A stretch of DNA of 64,000 bases from Sedimentibacter sp. (lineage in GTDB: Bacteria > Bacillota > Clostridia > Tissierellales > Sedimentibacteraceae), in contig NZ_JBCFAS010000007.1 in assembly GCF_038562225.1 (NCBI RefSeq), positions 63,277 to 127,276 on the forward strand, written 5' to 3'. How positions within the stretch are numbered: position 1 is the stretch's first letter; every line of letters begins with the position of its first letter. The notes beneath the pieces were generated by a model. It ran no database searches and had not been told where the DNA came from. It saw only the letters and a list, made by a program, of their open reading frames with translations. The position numbers were made by a program, and so were the translations under genes. Below are positions 1 to 9,680 of the stretch, in pieces.

Positions 1-846
1 TCAGAGTACTCAAGCGCTGTTCTGGCTTTGACCGCTCTTGGAAAGGACCCTGCTGATGCAGCGGGCTACAATCTGCTGGAAAAACTGTCGGACTATGACA
101 AGGTTGTAAGCCAGGGCATAAACGGTGCTGTATGGGCGCTTATTGCCCTTGATGCGGGAGGGTACGCTGTGCCTCAAGCGGAAGGCGTCAATAACCTGAC
201 TTCCCGTGAAAAGCTGGTGGATCTGATGGTTTCCAGGGAGCTTCCCGGCGGCGGGTGGTCCATGGGCGAAAGCAATGCTGACCCGGATGTGACGGCCATG
301 GTTTTGCAATCTCTGTCAAGCTACATGGACAGAGAAGATGTGAAGGCAGCAGCAGACAGGGCTGTTGAAGCTCTTTCCCGCATGCAGAAAGATGACGGAG
401 GCTTTGAATCATGGGGATACGAGAACTCTGAAAGCGCATCCCAGGTTCTGGTGGCCCTGTGTTCCCTGGGTATAGATCCTGCCAGAGATGTGAGGTTCGT
501 CAAGAACGGAAATACTGTGGTGTCAAATCTCATAAACAAGTTTTACAAAAAATCTGCCGGAGGTTTCATGCATACGGAAGGGACACCAGTGGATGAGCTT
601 GCAACCAACCAAGCATTCTATGCGATTGCCGCATATGAAAGATTTCTATCAGGCAAAACAAATCTGTACGACATGAGCGATGTGAACAGGCCGTACAATG
701 AGTCTTCAAAGCATGACAGCCTTGAGAATCCGGACCAAAAGGAATTTCACAGCGAAATCTCACCAGAGATATCAGCAGTAAGAAAAGCTGCAGCCAGGCT
801 GGCAGGTATGATTTTAAGGGTTGCAGCTGTACAAGGCAGAAGGTGA
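1..846 (+). CDS. Prenyltransferase/squalene-oxidase-repeat (alpha/alpha barrel) cell-surface protein, 5'-truncated by the window; first visible gene of a probable cobalamin ECF operon
   Basis: Frame open from base 1 (SEYSSAVLALTALGKDP); QW-like repeats LSRMQKDDGGF, ELPGGGW, DPDVTAMVLQSL; directly upstream of DUF4430 and ECF genes. Confidence 0.75.
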   Translation, partial: SEYSSAVLALTALGKDPADAAGYNLLEKLSDYDKVVSQGINGAVWALIALDAGGYAVPQAEGVNNLTSREKLVDLMVSRELPGGGWSMGESNADPDVTAMVLQSLSSYMDREDVKAAADRAVEALSRMQKDDGGFESWGYENSESASQVLVALCSLGIDPARDVRFVKNGNTVVSNLINKFYKKSAGGFMHTEGTPVDELATNQAFYAIAAYERFLSGKTNLYDMSDVNRPYNESSKHDSLENPDQKEFHSEISPEISAVRKAAARLAGMILRVAAVQGRR

Positions 847-850
847 CAAT

Positions 851-1651
851 ATGAAGAACAGGAAAATCTGGATAGTTTTATTGCTTTTTTTTCTGGGAGT
901 GTGCACAGCTTTGGCGTTACAGCTGGCAGCTGAAGGCCTGGACAGCAATACACCGACTGCGAAAGACGAGGAAGCAGCAGTGGCGCATTCTGAACAGCCT
1001 GAAACTCAAACAGGAAAGCAGGATGTGCTTCCGGAGGACAAGGAACTGAATGATGACAATGAAACGCCTGCAGCTGAAAATGTCCTTGCAAAACCGTCTA
1101 AGGATGCCGATCCTTCGGATGACGTGGATGGTAAAAACGATGACGGTGCCAAGGCTGAAAATGAAACCGTGAACCAACCTTCAGAAGCTGAAGCTTCCAA
1201 AGCCGATGAATCAGATGCTGCAAAAGAATTAAAATGCACCCTGTCTGTGGACTGCAAAACCATACTTGACAACATGGACAGGCTGAATCCGGAAAAGGAG
1301 GACATCTTACCGGAGGACGGAATTATATATGGAGCCCGTGAGGTTGTGTTCTACCAGGGTGAGACCGTATTTGACGTGCTTCTGAGGGAAATGAAAAACA
1401 ACAGGATTCATATGGAATACTCAATGAATCCGCTGTATAACTCAGACTACATAGAAGGAATAGGAAATTTTTACGAGCTTGACTGCGGTGAGCTGAGCGG
1501 CTGGGTCTACCTGGTAAACGGCAAGTCTCCCAATTACGGAAGCAGCCAGTACAAATTGTCTGAAAATGATGTGATCCAATGGAGGTACACCTGCGACCTG
1601 GGAAGAGATGTGGGGGCGGCTTTTGACGGAAAGGACGGTTCAAAGCAATGA
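851..1651 (+). CDS. DUF4430 (transcobalamin-like C-terminal domain) membrane-anchored protein
   Basis: ATG 851 after AAGGTGA; N-terminal hydrophobic anchor, acidic linker, then GETVFDVL...YIEGIGNFYELDCGELSGWVYLVNG...IQWRYTCDLG. Confidence 0.85.
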   Translation: MKNRKIWIVLLLFFLGVCTALALQLAAEGLDSNTPTAKDEEAAVAHSEQPETQTGKQDVLPEDKELNDDNETPAAENVLAKPSKDADPSDDVDGKNDDGAKAENETVNQPSEAEASKADESDAAKELKCTLSVDCKTILDNMDRLNPEKEDILPEDGIIYGAREVVFYQGETVFDVLLREMKNNRIHMEYSMNPLYNSDYIEGIGNFYELDCGELSGWVYLVNGKSPNYGSSQYKLSENDVIQWRYTCDLGRDVGAAFDGKDGSKQ

Positions 1652-2538
1652 AAGACACATTCAGCACCTATCATCCGCTGATTAATCTGGCATTTTTCAC
1701 TCTGGTCATAGGTGTATCAATATTTGCGTTGCATCCTGCGGTGCTGCTCATATCTTTTGCAAGTTCATTTGCATATTCGGCGAAGCTGAACAAAAGAAAG
1801 GCGCTGAAGTTCAACCTTCTTTTCCTGATGCCTGCCATGGTGGTTGCAGCAGTGTTTAATCCTCTCTTCGTTCACGAGGGAGCCACGGTTTTGTGGTATT
1901 TCCCAAGTGGAAATCCTCTGACGCTTGAATCCTGCGTTTATGGAGCAGTTTCATCCGTCATGCTTGGAACTGTCATCATGTGGTTTGGCTGCTTTAATCA
2001 TGTGATAACGTCCGATAAGCTCATTTACCTGTTCGGACGTTTAATGCCATCATTATCCCTGACTTTGTCCATGGTGCTGAGGTTTGTTCCCAGATACAAA
2101 GCACAGGCAAAGGTTGTTTCAAACGGTCAAAAGTGTCTTGGCAGGGACATTGCAAGTGGAGGAATTCTTGAAAGGGCGTCAGGGGGCCTTAAGATACTTT
2201 CAATCATGCTTACATGGTCCCTTGAAAACGGCGTTGAAACGGCAGACAGCATGAAGTCCAGGGGATTCGGGCTTAAGGGAAGGACCAGCTTTTCAAACTA
2301 TCGCTTCGACAGAAGGGATGCAGGAGCTGCCCTTGCCATGGCGCTGCTGGCAACAGCCTTTATGATGGGCGCTTTTCTTGGATTTTTAAAAATCAGGTTT
2401 TACCCGACGGTAAAGTTTGCAACAGTTTCAGGGGCAGCACTGGCAGTGCATGCTTCGTTCATGGCCTTGTGCTTTATGCCCCTGATCATTGACGCTGCGG
2501 AGGAAATAAAATGGAGCTATTTAAAATCACAAATCTGA
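1648..2538 (+). CDS. ECF transporter transmembrane T component
   Basis: Multi-TM; HP motif, LRFVPRY and ADSMKSRGF coupling-helix motifs; overlaps both neighbours. Confidence 0.9.
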   Translation: MKDTFSTYHPLINLAFFTLVIGVSIFALHPAVLLISFASSFAYSAKLNKRKALKFNLLFLMPAMVVAAVFNPLFVHEGATVLWYFPSGNPLTLESCVYGAVSSVMLGTVIMWFGCFNHVITSDKLIYLFGRLMPSLSLTLSMVLRFVPRYKAQAKVVSNGQKCLGRDIASGGILERASGGLKILSIMLTWSLENGVETADSMKSRGFGLKGRTSFSNYRFDRRDAGAALAMALLATAFMMGAFLGFLKIRFYPTVKFATVSGAALAVHASFMALCFMPLIIDAAEEIKWSYLKSQI

Positions 2539-4199
2539 GCTTTACCTATCCCAACAGGGAAAGCCCGGCTCTTGAAAAAATAAATCTGACTGTAAAACAA
2601 GGCGAGTTTGTTACATTATGCGGCAAAAGCGGATGCGGCAAAAGTACGCTGCTGAGGCACATGAAAACATGCCTGGCGCCCTTCGGCATAAAATCCGGGG
2701 AGGTGTTTTTCAGGGGAAGAATCCTTGAGGAGTCCGATGAAAGGACGCAAACCTCAAAAATAGGTTATGTGATGCAAAATCCCGACAACCAGATAGTGAC
2801 GGACAAGGTTTGGCATGAGCTGGCCTTCGGACTTGAAAGTCTGGGATTTGACAACAGGACCATCAGGCTGAGGGTGGCTGAGATGGCAAGCTTCTTTGGG
2901 ATTCAAACCTGGTTCATGAAGGATGTTTCACAGCTGTCGGGAGGACAGAAGCAGCTTCTTAACCTCGCATCCATAATGGCAATGCAGCCGGATGTGCTCA
3001 TACTTGACGAACCCACATCCCAGCTGGACCCCATCGCCGCCAATGACTTCCTTGAAACCGTTAAGAAAATCAACAGGGACATCGGCACCACCGTAATCAT
3101 GTCGGAACACAGGCTTGAAGAGGTTTTTTCCATAAGCGACAGGGTAGTTGTAATGGACAGAGGAGCAGTCATAGCTGACGGGCCGCCCCGCCAGGCAGGC
3201 AGCAAGATTGTAAGCGAAAATCACCACATGTCTATGGCCATGCCTTCAGCCTTAAGGATAGCTGCAGAGGTTTCTCACCATGTTGGCGCAGTCACAGAGG
3301 ACCTGCCCCTGACTGCCAGGGAAGGCCGGGAATGGATGGACACCTTGTTTGAAAAAAGAGAAGTAAAATATGATTTGTCCCTGAAGAGGGATGAATTAAA
3401 CTCCGACGAAGAAACAGCGGTGGAGATTTGCGATGCATGGTTCAGGTATGACCGAGACGGAGAAGACATCATCAAAGACCTGTCCATGAAGGTCAGGAAG
3501 GGGCAGTTTTATGCCATAGTGGGAGGAAACGGAACCGGAAAGACCACAGCCCTTTCTCTCATTTGGGGGCTCAACCGTCCTTACAGGGGAAAGATTCTCA
3601 TAGACGGAAAGGACATAAGAAAGCTGGGTGTCAGGGAACTTTTCAGAAACAACCTTGGAGTGCTTCCTCAAAACCCGCAGTCCCTGTTTTCAGAAATGAC
3701 GCTTGAACGAGACCTGTACGAGGTTCTGGACAGCAGCATTGATGCTGAGGAGAAAAAAGCAAAAGTAAAAAACACAGCAGATTTGCTGGAGCTGGGAGGA
3801 TTGATGCATTCACATCCCTATGACTTAAGCGGAGGAGAGCAGCAAAAGGCGGCCCTGGCAAAGATACTTCTTCTCAAACCAGGGATACTTCTTTTGGATG
3901 AACCAACAAAGGCTCTTGACAGCCACTTCAAGAACAAACTGGCTCAAATTTTGAAAAAGCTTCAAAAGGATGGAACAACCATTGTAATGGTTTCTCATGA
4001 CATAGAATTTTGTGCTGAGTATGCGGATCTGTGCTCGCTGTTTTTCAACGGCACCATCGTAGCAACGGACACACCGGAAAAATTTTTCTCCGGAAACAGC
4101 TTCTACACAACCGCTGCCAACAGAATCTCAAGAAACATATTCAAAAATACCGTAACGGCCGGGGAGGTGATTGAACTGTGCAGGAAAAACTGTTCATAA
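2511..4199 (+). CDS. ECF transporter ATPase with two fused ABC domains
   Basis: Two Walker A (GKSGCGKST, GGNGTGKTT), two LSGG signatures, two LDEPT Walker B, QNPDNQ Q-loop. Confidence 0.95.
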   Translation: MELFKITNLSFTYPNRESPALEKINLTVKQGEFVTLCGKSGCGKSTLLRHMKTCLAPFGIKSGEVFFRGRILEESDERTQTSKIGYVMQNPDNQIVTDKVWHELAFGLESLGFDNRTIRLRVAEMASFFGIQTWFMKDVSQLSGGQKQLLNLASIMAMQPDVLILDEPTSQLDPIAANDFLETVKKINRDIGTTVIMSEHRLEEVFSISDRVVVMDRGAVIADGPPRQAGSKIVSENHHMSMAMPSALRIAAEVSHHVGAVTEDLPLTAREGREWMDTLFEKREVKYDLSLKRDELNSDEETAVEICDAWFRYDRDGEDIIKDLSMKVRKGQFYAIVGGNGTGKTTALSLIWGLNRPYRGKILIDGKDIRKLGVRELFRNNLGVLPQNPQSLFSEMTLERDLYEVLDSSIDAEEKKAKVKNTADLLELGGLMHSHPYDLSGGEQQKAALAKILLLKPGILLLDEPTKALDSHFKNKLAQILKKLQKDGTTIVMVSHDIEFCAEYADLCSLFFNGTIVATDTPEKFFSGNSFYTTAANRISRNIFKNTVTAGEVIELCRKNCS

Positions 4200-4930
4200 C
4201 CAAAGGGGAAGCCTCTGGAAAAAAGGCAAAAGGCCTGCGGACGGCAGTATCTGCTTTCATCATCACAGTGCTCATACCGGTCACCATATGGTTTGGAGTT
4301 AGTTTTCTCAATGACAGGAAGTATTACTTCATAAGTCTCATGATTATCATTTACGTCCTGGTACCATTTTTCATGATGTTTGAAAACAGACAGCCCCAGG
4401 CAAGGGAGATAATCGTGATTTCAGTGCTGTCATCTGCTGCTGTTGCAGGCAGGGCAATGTTTTTCATGATACCTGCGTTCAAGCCCATGATAGCCATAGT
4501 GGCCATATCAGGAGTGGTGTTCGGCCCTGAGTCAGGTTTTGTAACCGGAGCCCTTTCTGCCTTTGCATCAAACTTCATATTTGGGCAGGGGCCCTGGACG
4601 CCGTGGCAGATGATAAGTCTCGGGCTCATAGGATTTGCTGCGGGAACATTGCATAAGGCAGGGGTTTTGAAAAAAAGGAAATTTGATCTTTGCGTATTCG
4701 GCTGCCTTTCAACGTACATGATCTATGGGGGAATAATGAATTTTGCATCCGTTGCCATGTATACAAGCAAAATAAGCAAATCAGCTTTGATGGCGGCATA
4801 CATATCGGGAATACCTTACGACACAATCCACGCATTCTCAACGGTCTTCTTCATGCACGTCCTTTCGGTACCAATGATTGAAAGGCTGGATAGAATAAAG
4901 CTGAAGTACGGAATGATGAGGAAAGGTTAA
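4178..4930 (+). CDS. ECF transporter substrate-specific S component (CbrT-like, probably cobalamin)
   Basis: About 8 TM; PAFKP, GPESGF, SNFIFGQGPWTPWQM motifs; operon context. Confidence 0.8.
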   Translation: MQEKLFITKGEASGKKAKGLRTAVSAFIITVLIPVTIWFGVSFLNDRKYYFISLMIIIYVLVPFFMMFENRQPQAREIIVISVLSSAAVAGRAMFFMIPAFKPMIAIVAISGVVFGPESGFVTGALSAFASNFIFGQGPWTPWQMISLGLIGFAAGTLHKAGVLKKRKFDLCVFGCLSTYMIYGGIMNFASVAMYTSKISKSALMAAYISGIPYDTIHAFSTVFFMHVLSVPMIERLDRIKLKYGMMRKG

Positions 4931-4957
4931 ATATATTTAAACAACAAGGAGGAGAAC

Positions 4958-7630
4958 ATGTTATTAAAAAAAGGATTCAAGAATTTTAAAAGGACAATGT
5001 CTTTTGTCCTGGCAATCACGCTTCTATTGGCGGGAATGCCCTTTGGAATATCATCTGCTGGGGCAGTGACAGCTTCTCAAGATGAAGCCCTGGACAGGTA
5101 TGCGCTTGAAGCTGTCAGGAGCAGTTACAAAAACTACGTTATGGGAACAGCGGTGGACGGAGGAGGATACAATACCTTCAGCTCCTACGACGCATACATA
5201 CTGGCAAAGGCAGGAGCTGATTTAAGCAGCTGGGAACGCAGCGGAACAAATTTTGCCGATGAAGTGGTAAAGCTGCTGGATGATACAATATCAAAAGAAG
5301 ATAATGCATCTGCCAAGAGAGTTGCTCAGGATTACCTGGCTGCTAAGGCCCTGGGAGAAACTGAAAGGGCAGCAGCTCTTATAGGCATGCTGAAAAGTAG
5401 ACAAAACGAAGCAGGAGAACTTGACAGCGGAGCATGGAGCGTATACAGCAACCTTCCCGCCTACGACCTGTTTGGAAGGGAAGGCACACTGTCAGGTTAC
5501 GGATTCAATGATGACAAGGCGGCTCTGTATGTGTTAAACGCTCAGGATTTTTCGGGAGCATGGCCTTCGGGGGATTACCAGGATTTCATGTCCACTGCTC
5601 AGGCGGTAAGGGTGCTTAAGGGTGTTCAAGGCACAACATCAGTAACTGCTTCTGCAATTTCAGCAGCCATTGACAGCGCAACGTCATGGATGCAAAGCCG
5701 CCAGCAGGCGGACGGAAGTTTTGTGGACGGCTGGGATGATATTACAACAGACACCTCGGAGATGATTTACACAGCAAATGTTCTGGGAGAGGATGTTTCT
5801 GCTCTAGTTAGCTCTGCAGGCAAAAGCCCGGTTGATTATATGGCTGGGGATAGTTTTTCAGACGGAAACTTCGGAAACATTTCGAGCACCACATGGGCTC
5901 TTGACGCTTATCTGCAGCTTGGTGCATCAATATCATCAGATTCCGTCATAGCTGTGAAACCGGACGTGTATTCTGCCCAGCTGAGTGCCGGAAGCACAAA
6001 GCAGCTGAAGGCATACGCAGTTAAGCTTGACGGTTCTGTCCTGGATGTGACGGATTCAGCATCATGGATATCTTCCGATTCAACCGTGGCGGAAGTAAGC
6101 AGTGCAGGAACCGTCAGTGCAAAGAAAACAGGAACAGCTGAAATGACAGTGTCCTATGGAGGCTGCTCTTCAAATATTGCCCTGTCCATAGGCGAAATAA
6201 CAGCAGCAGTGGGTTACAAGGTTGAAGTGGCAGTCATCGGAAAATCAGGAGACGTAATATACGGACCCAAAAGCGTAACGGTTTCAGCTAGCGATGAATT
6301 TGGCGGAACGGCCATGAGTGCGCTGGATGCAACCGGGCTTGACTGGGAGTTCGGAGACACCTACGGATTTGTTGAGGAAATAGACGGCGAACAAAACCAG
6401 GGCCTCAACGGATGGATGTATGCGGTTAACGGCAGGTTGCCCAATGTTCTGGCTGTGAACAAGACCGTGAAAAGCGGAGACAAGGTACTGTGGTGGTACA
6501 GCAAGTCATCCATGGACGGCATACCCGATTGGCCTTCTTCTTCCGCACTAGCAGCAACCGCTGCAAAAAGCACTGAAACCTCAGATTCGCTGCGTGATTA
6601 TGCCGGAAAAATAAGGGATGAAAATACCGTTCTTAACTCCGAAAACAAAATGACAGCGGAAGAAGCGTCAAAGGTTTCAAAGGAACTGGCAGACAACAAG
6701 TCCTCATGGACACTTAAGTATGAAGGCAAAGAGTCTGCATACTCCGACGGTGAAGTTTCGCTGCTGATGGCTGAAGGTTCCCTCAGCAAAAACACAAACA
6801 TAACTGTCAGCGAACTTGTAGAAAAGGATTATCCGAAACAATTTGCCGTAAGGATAAAATCTTCTGTGTACGAGTTCGGACCTGAAGGCACAAAGTTTGA
6901 TGAACCTGCTGTCATTGGAATCAGAATAGCCCTGGACGATGACACCCATGCAGAAAGACTGACAGCTGCTTACTACAGCCAGTCAGACGACAGGTGGGTG
7001 GTCATTCCATGCGTCATAGACATGAAGACAGGCCTTGTGGTATTCAGGACTGATCACTTCTCAAAATTTGCAGTTGTTGAAACAGAAAGAAAAGTATCAT
7101 TTGACGATGTGGGTGAACATATGGCATGGGCAAAGGAAGCAGTTGAGGTTCTTGCAGGAATGGGAATAATAAACGGAACAGGAAACGGCTTTGAACCAAA
7201 CAGATCAATAACCCGTGCTGAATTTGTAAAGATCATATCCGAAGCCATGGGCTACGGTGATGCCGGAACAGCAACAGGTACCTTCGCCGACCTGGACAGC
7301 TCACAGTGGTATGATGGCTATGTAGCCAAGGCTTTTGCAAACGGAATTGTCAAGGGTGACGAAAACGGAAACTTCAGACCGCAGGATACCATCAGCAGGT
7401 ACGAAATAGCGGTTATGCTGAGAAGGCTCAGCGGTGATGAAACAAGCAGCAGCTTAAGCTTCGAAGATGCTTCAGATGTTCCGGATTGGGCTGTTGAAGG
7501 TGTCAGGTACGCCGCAGGAGAAAGGCTTATGAACGGCTATGAAGACAACACATTCAGAGGCAGCAGACCAATGTCTAGGGCAGAAGTAGCAGCAGTAATG
7601 TACAGGTATATGAACTTAATAAGCAAGTAA
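4958..7630 (+). CDS. S-layer-anchored multidomain protein: signal peptide, alpha/alpha barrel repeats, Big_2 Ig-like domain, DUF4430, beta domain, three SLH repeats
   Basis: WMQSRQQADGSF repeat; WISSDSTVAEVSSAGTVSAKKTG (Big_2); GWMYAVNG...GDKVLWWY (DUF4430); FEPNRSITRAEF, FRPQDTISRYE, FRGSRPMSRAE (SLH). Confidence 0.85.
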   Translation: MLLKKGFKNFKRTMSFVLAITLLLAGMPFGISSAGAVTASQDEALDRYALEAVRSSYKNYVMGTAVDGGGYNTFSSYDAYILAKAGADLSSWERSGTNFADEVVKLLDDTISKEDNASAKRVAQDYLAAKALGETERAAALIGMLKSRQNEAGELDSGAWSVYSNLPAYDLFGREGTLSGYGFNDDKAALYVLNAQDFSGAWPSGDYQDFMSTAQAVRVLKGVQGTTSVTASAISAAIDSATSWMQSRQQADGSFVDGWDDITTDTSEMIYTANVLGEDVSALVSSAGKSPVDYMAGDSFSDGNFGNISSTTWALDAYLQLGASISSDSVIAVKPDVYSAQLSAGSTKQLKAYAVKLDGSVLDVTDSASWISSDSTVAEVSSAGTVSAKKTGTAEMTVSYGGCSSNIALSIGEITAAVGYKVEVAVIGKSGDVIYGPKSVTVSASDEFGGTAMSALDATGLDWEFGDTYGFVEEIDGEQNQGLNGWMYAVNGRLPNVLAVNKTVKSGDKVLWWYSKSSMDGIPDWPSSSALAATAAKSTETSDSLRDYAGKIRDENTVLNSENKMTAEEASKVSKELADNKSSWTLKYEGKESAYSDGEVSLLMAEGSLSKNTNITVSELVEKDYPKQFAVRIKSSVYEFGPEGTKFDEPAVIGIRIALDDDTHAERLTAAYYSQSDDRWVVIPCVIDMKTGLVVFRTDHFSKFAVVETERKVSFDDVGEHMAWAKEAVEVLAGMGIINGTGNGFEPNRSITRAEFVKIISEAMGYGDAGTATGTFADLDSSQWYDGYVAKAFANGIVKGDENGNFRPQDTISRYEIAVMLRRLSGDETSSSLSFEDASDVPDWAVEGVRYAAGERLMNGYEDNTFRGSRPMSRAEVAAVMYRYMNLISK

Positions 7631-7654
7631 CTGAATGATTTCAATTGTATCTCA

Positions 7655-7690
7655 GGGCTCCGGATTTTTCCGGAGCCCCTTATTATTTTA
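7655..7690 (+). terminator. Intrinsic terminator of the ECF operon
   Basis: GGGCTCCGGA/TCCGGAGCCC stem followed by T-rich run. Confidence 0.8.
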
Positions 7691-7740
7691 TTGACAATTG
7701 ACCCTGTATAGCCTATTATTTAAGTAGTTATAATAACTAC
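7691..7740 (+). promoter_or_regulatory. Sigma-A promoter with downstream palindromic operator
   Basis: TTGACA(7691)-17-TATTAT(7714); perfect inverted repeat GTAGTTA-TAA-TAACTAC 7724-7740. Confidence 0.7.
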
Positions 7741-7769
7741 ATAAAATCGTTAAAGAAAAAGGTAGACAT

Positions 7770-8339
7770 ATGGAAGATAACTTGGATTTATATGAATACA
7801 GCAGGCTTATGAGCCAGGTGAGGCTCACCCGATGGCAGGAGCTGCCGAAGTTTCCCATATACTGCGACCAGCTGCTTCAGATAGTGAAGGATGAACTGTC
7901 GTTCATGAAGCTGGACAACGACAATCTCATAACCAAGAGCATGGTCAACAATTATGTGAAGTGGGGAATGATTCCCAAGCCTGTAAAGAAGAAGTACGAG
8001 AGGCTGCATACGGTTCAGATGATTGTGATAACAATTCTTAAGCAGATACTGCCCATTTCGGAAATCAAAAACGGCATTCAGCTCCAGTCATCGCTGTATG
8101 GCAGTGAAGGGGCCTATGATGCATTTTGCGAAGCCCTGGAGGATGCCATGAAGAGAGTTTTTATGCCTATTGTTGAAAAAAAGGAAGTTTATGAAACGGA
8201 AAAAGTGCACATAGAATATGACAGGCTTGCCATTTCTTCAATAACAACCGCACTGGCAAACAGAATGCTGACAATGAAAATAATTGAAACAAAAATAAAT
8301 GCAAATACACCAAATAAAAAGGGAGAAGCCCATGAATGA
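7770..8339 (+). CDS. DUF1836 domain protein (putative HTH regulator)
   Basis: RWQELP-x-Y-x-DQ, ITKSMVNNYVKWG-x-PKP-KKKY motifs; overlaps degV start. Confidence 0.85.
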   Translation: MEDNLDLYEYSRLMSQVRLTRWQELPKFPIYCDQLLQIVKDELSFMKLDNDNLITKSMVNNYVKWGMIPKPVKKKYERLHTVQMIVITILKQILPISEIKNGIQLQSSLYGSEGAYDAFCEALEDAMKRVFMPIVEKKEVYETEKVHIEYDRLAISSITTALANRMLTMKIIETKINANTPNKKGEAHE

Positions 8340-9192
8340 AAACAAAATCGCAATAATGACAGATTCATGCTCTGACATTCCACAAGTGCTGCTGGACAGA
8401 TTCAACATCTACCAGGTATCATTAAGCATCAACTACAAGGACAAATCATACCACGACAGAATCGATATCACTCCAGAAGAGGTATATGAAAACCTGCACA
8501 ACGAAATACCACACACAAGCCTTCCCACAATGGGGGAAATACGAGAAATGATAGAAAGGATTGCGGCGGACGGGTGCACGGAGATAATAATTCCGGTGAT
8601 TTCTTCAGGGCTCAGCGGCACCTACAACGCCGTCAGGACGGTTTGCAGCGAATTTCAAAACATCAAGACGGCTGTCATAGACACGAAAAACATAGCGCTT
8701 GGTTCCGGCTTTCTTTCTGTTTATGCAGCACAGCTGGCCGAAAAGCATCTGAGCTTCGACGAAATCGTTAAGAAAGTAGAAGACAAAATTCAAAGCTCAC
8801 ACATCTACTACAGCCTTCAGACTCTCCATTATCTTGTGAAGGGAGGAAGGCTTGGACGGGTGGAAGGAATGATTGGAAGCATGCTCAACATAAAGCCCAT
8901 CATAGCCTGCGATGAAGACGGTATCTATTACACTGTTGAAAAGGTCAGAGGAAGAAAGCAAAGCATCAATAAGCTCATGGAAATTGTACAGAACAAGCTG
9001 AAGGGCAAGAAAAGCTATTACTTGGCTGTCTGCCACGGCTATGCCCAGGAAGAGGCTGAAAATATCAAGGAAAGAATGAAGCCGTATATAGAAGGTGCGG
9101 CAATTTTCATGGAAGGTCAGATATCTCCGGCTCTGGGAGTTCACACTGGCCCGGGACTCATAGGCATAGGGTGTTTTGACCTTGATGATTGA
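8332..9192 (+). CDS. DegV family fatty-acid-binding protein
   Basis: IMTDSCSD, HTSLP, ISSGLSGT, KGGRL, HTGPG motifs; ATG 8332 after GGGAG. Confidence 0.92.
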   Translation: MNENKIAIMTDSCSDIPQVLLDRFNIYQVSLSINYKDKSYHDRIDITPEEVYENLHNEIPHTSLPTMGEIREMIERIAADGCTEIIIPVISSGLSGTYNAVRTVCSEFQNIKTAVIDTKNIALGSGFLSVYAAQLAEKHLSFDEIVKKVEDKIQSSHIYYSLQTLHYLVKGGRLGRVEGMIGSMLNIKPIIACDEDGIYYTVEKVRGRKQSINKLMEIVQNKLKGKKSYYLAVCHGYAQEEAENIKERMKPYIEGAAIFMEGQISPALGVHTGPGLIGIGCFDLDD

Positions 9193-9232
9193 TTGATAAA
9201 TCGGGCAGAGTATCAGACTGCAGTTGTTAAGT

Positions 9233-9270
9233 AAAAAGGAGGAATCCACCGTTCTGGATTCCCCCTTTTA
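9233..9270. terminator. Bidirectional intrinsic terminator
   Basis: GGAATCCA/TGGATTCC stem with A-run upstream and T-run downstream, between convergent ORFs. Confidence 0.7.
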
Positions 9271-9281
9271 TATGGGCACAA

Positions 9282-9461
9282 TCATCTTGAAGCTGCTGAA
9301 CCACTCATTTCATTGCAGAATTTGAAGTATTTTTTCCGGTGCTGGTTTCTCCTGTACCTGGCAATTGAAACGTAATCCATGTACTCCTTATCCCTTTGTT
9401 TTTTCAGTTCTGCGTAATCCTTCAATAAAGTGTTTTTAAATTCCTCCTGCGACATGCCCAT
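9282..9461 (-). CDS. Small hypothetical protein, 59 aa (below the ORF-track cutoff)
   Basis: SD AAGGGGGA before ATG; MGMSQEEFKNTLLKDYAELKKQRDKEYMDYVSIARYRRNQHRKKYFKFCNEMSGSAASR; ends just before the terminator. Confidence 0.55.
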   Translation of the reverse strand: MGMSQEEFKNTLLKDYAELKKQRDKEYMDYVSIARYRRNQHRKKYFKFCNEMSGSAASR

Positions 9462-9621
9462 AGGTTCCCCCTTGAAATTATTGTCCTTACGGTCTTATTT
9501 AACTATATGACAGTTTTGTAAACGTAATTCATTTAAAGTGTAAAATGTAAGTTTTATATTGTAAAAAATTAGGGATGAAACTATACTGCTGCAGGATGAC
9601 ATAGACATCCAATGCATCTGC

Positions 9622-9650
9622 TTGCAAAACTTCCGGTTAGTTGATATAGT
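9622..9650 (+). promoter_or_regulatory. Sigma-A promoter for the Crp/Fnr gene
   Basis: TTGCAA-17-TATAGT with extended TG. Confidence 0.55.
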
Positions 9651-9680
9651 AGTAGTACAACAATGAGAAGGAGGTTCAAT

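Noticed and set aside
1-850. Cobalamin riboswitch
   Set aside because: The operon start is outside the window, so the riboswitch cannot be seen here
1-5950. Squalene-hopene cyclase or prenyltransferase enzyme call for the barrel proteins
   Set aside because: Only QW-like structural repeats; no DxDD catalytic motif seen; the complete protein is secreted and both sit in a transporter operon
9576-9604. Tiny ORF MKLYCCRMT as a Cys-sensing leader for the Crp/Fnr gene
   Set aside because: Poor SD spacing, no attenuator, and it lies upstream of the best promoter
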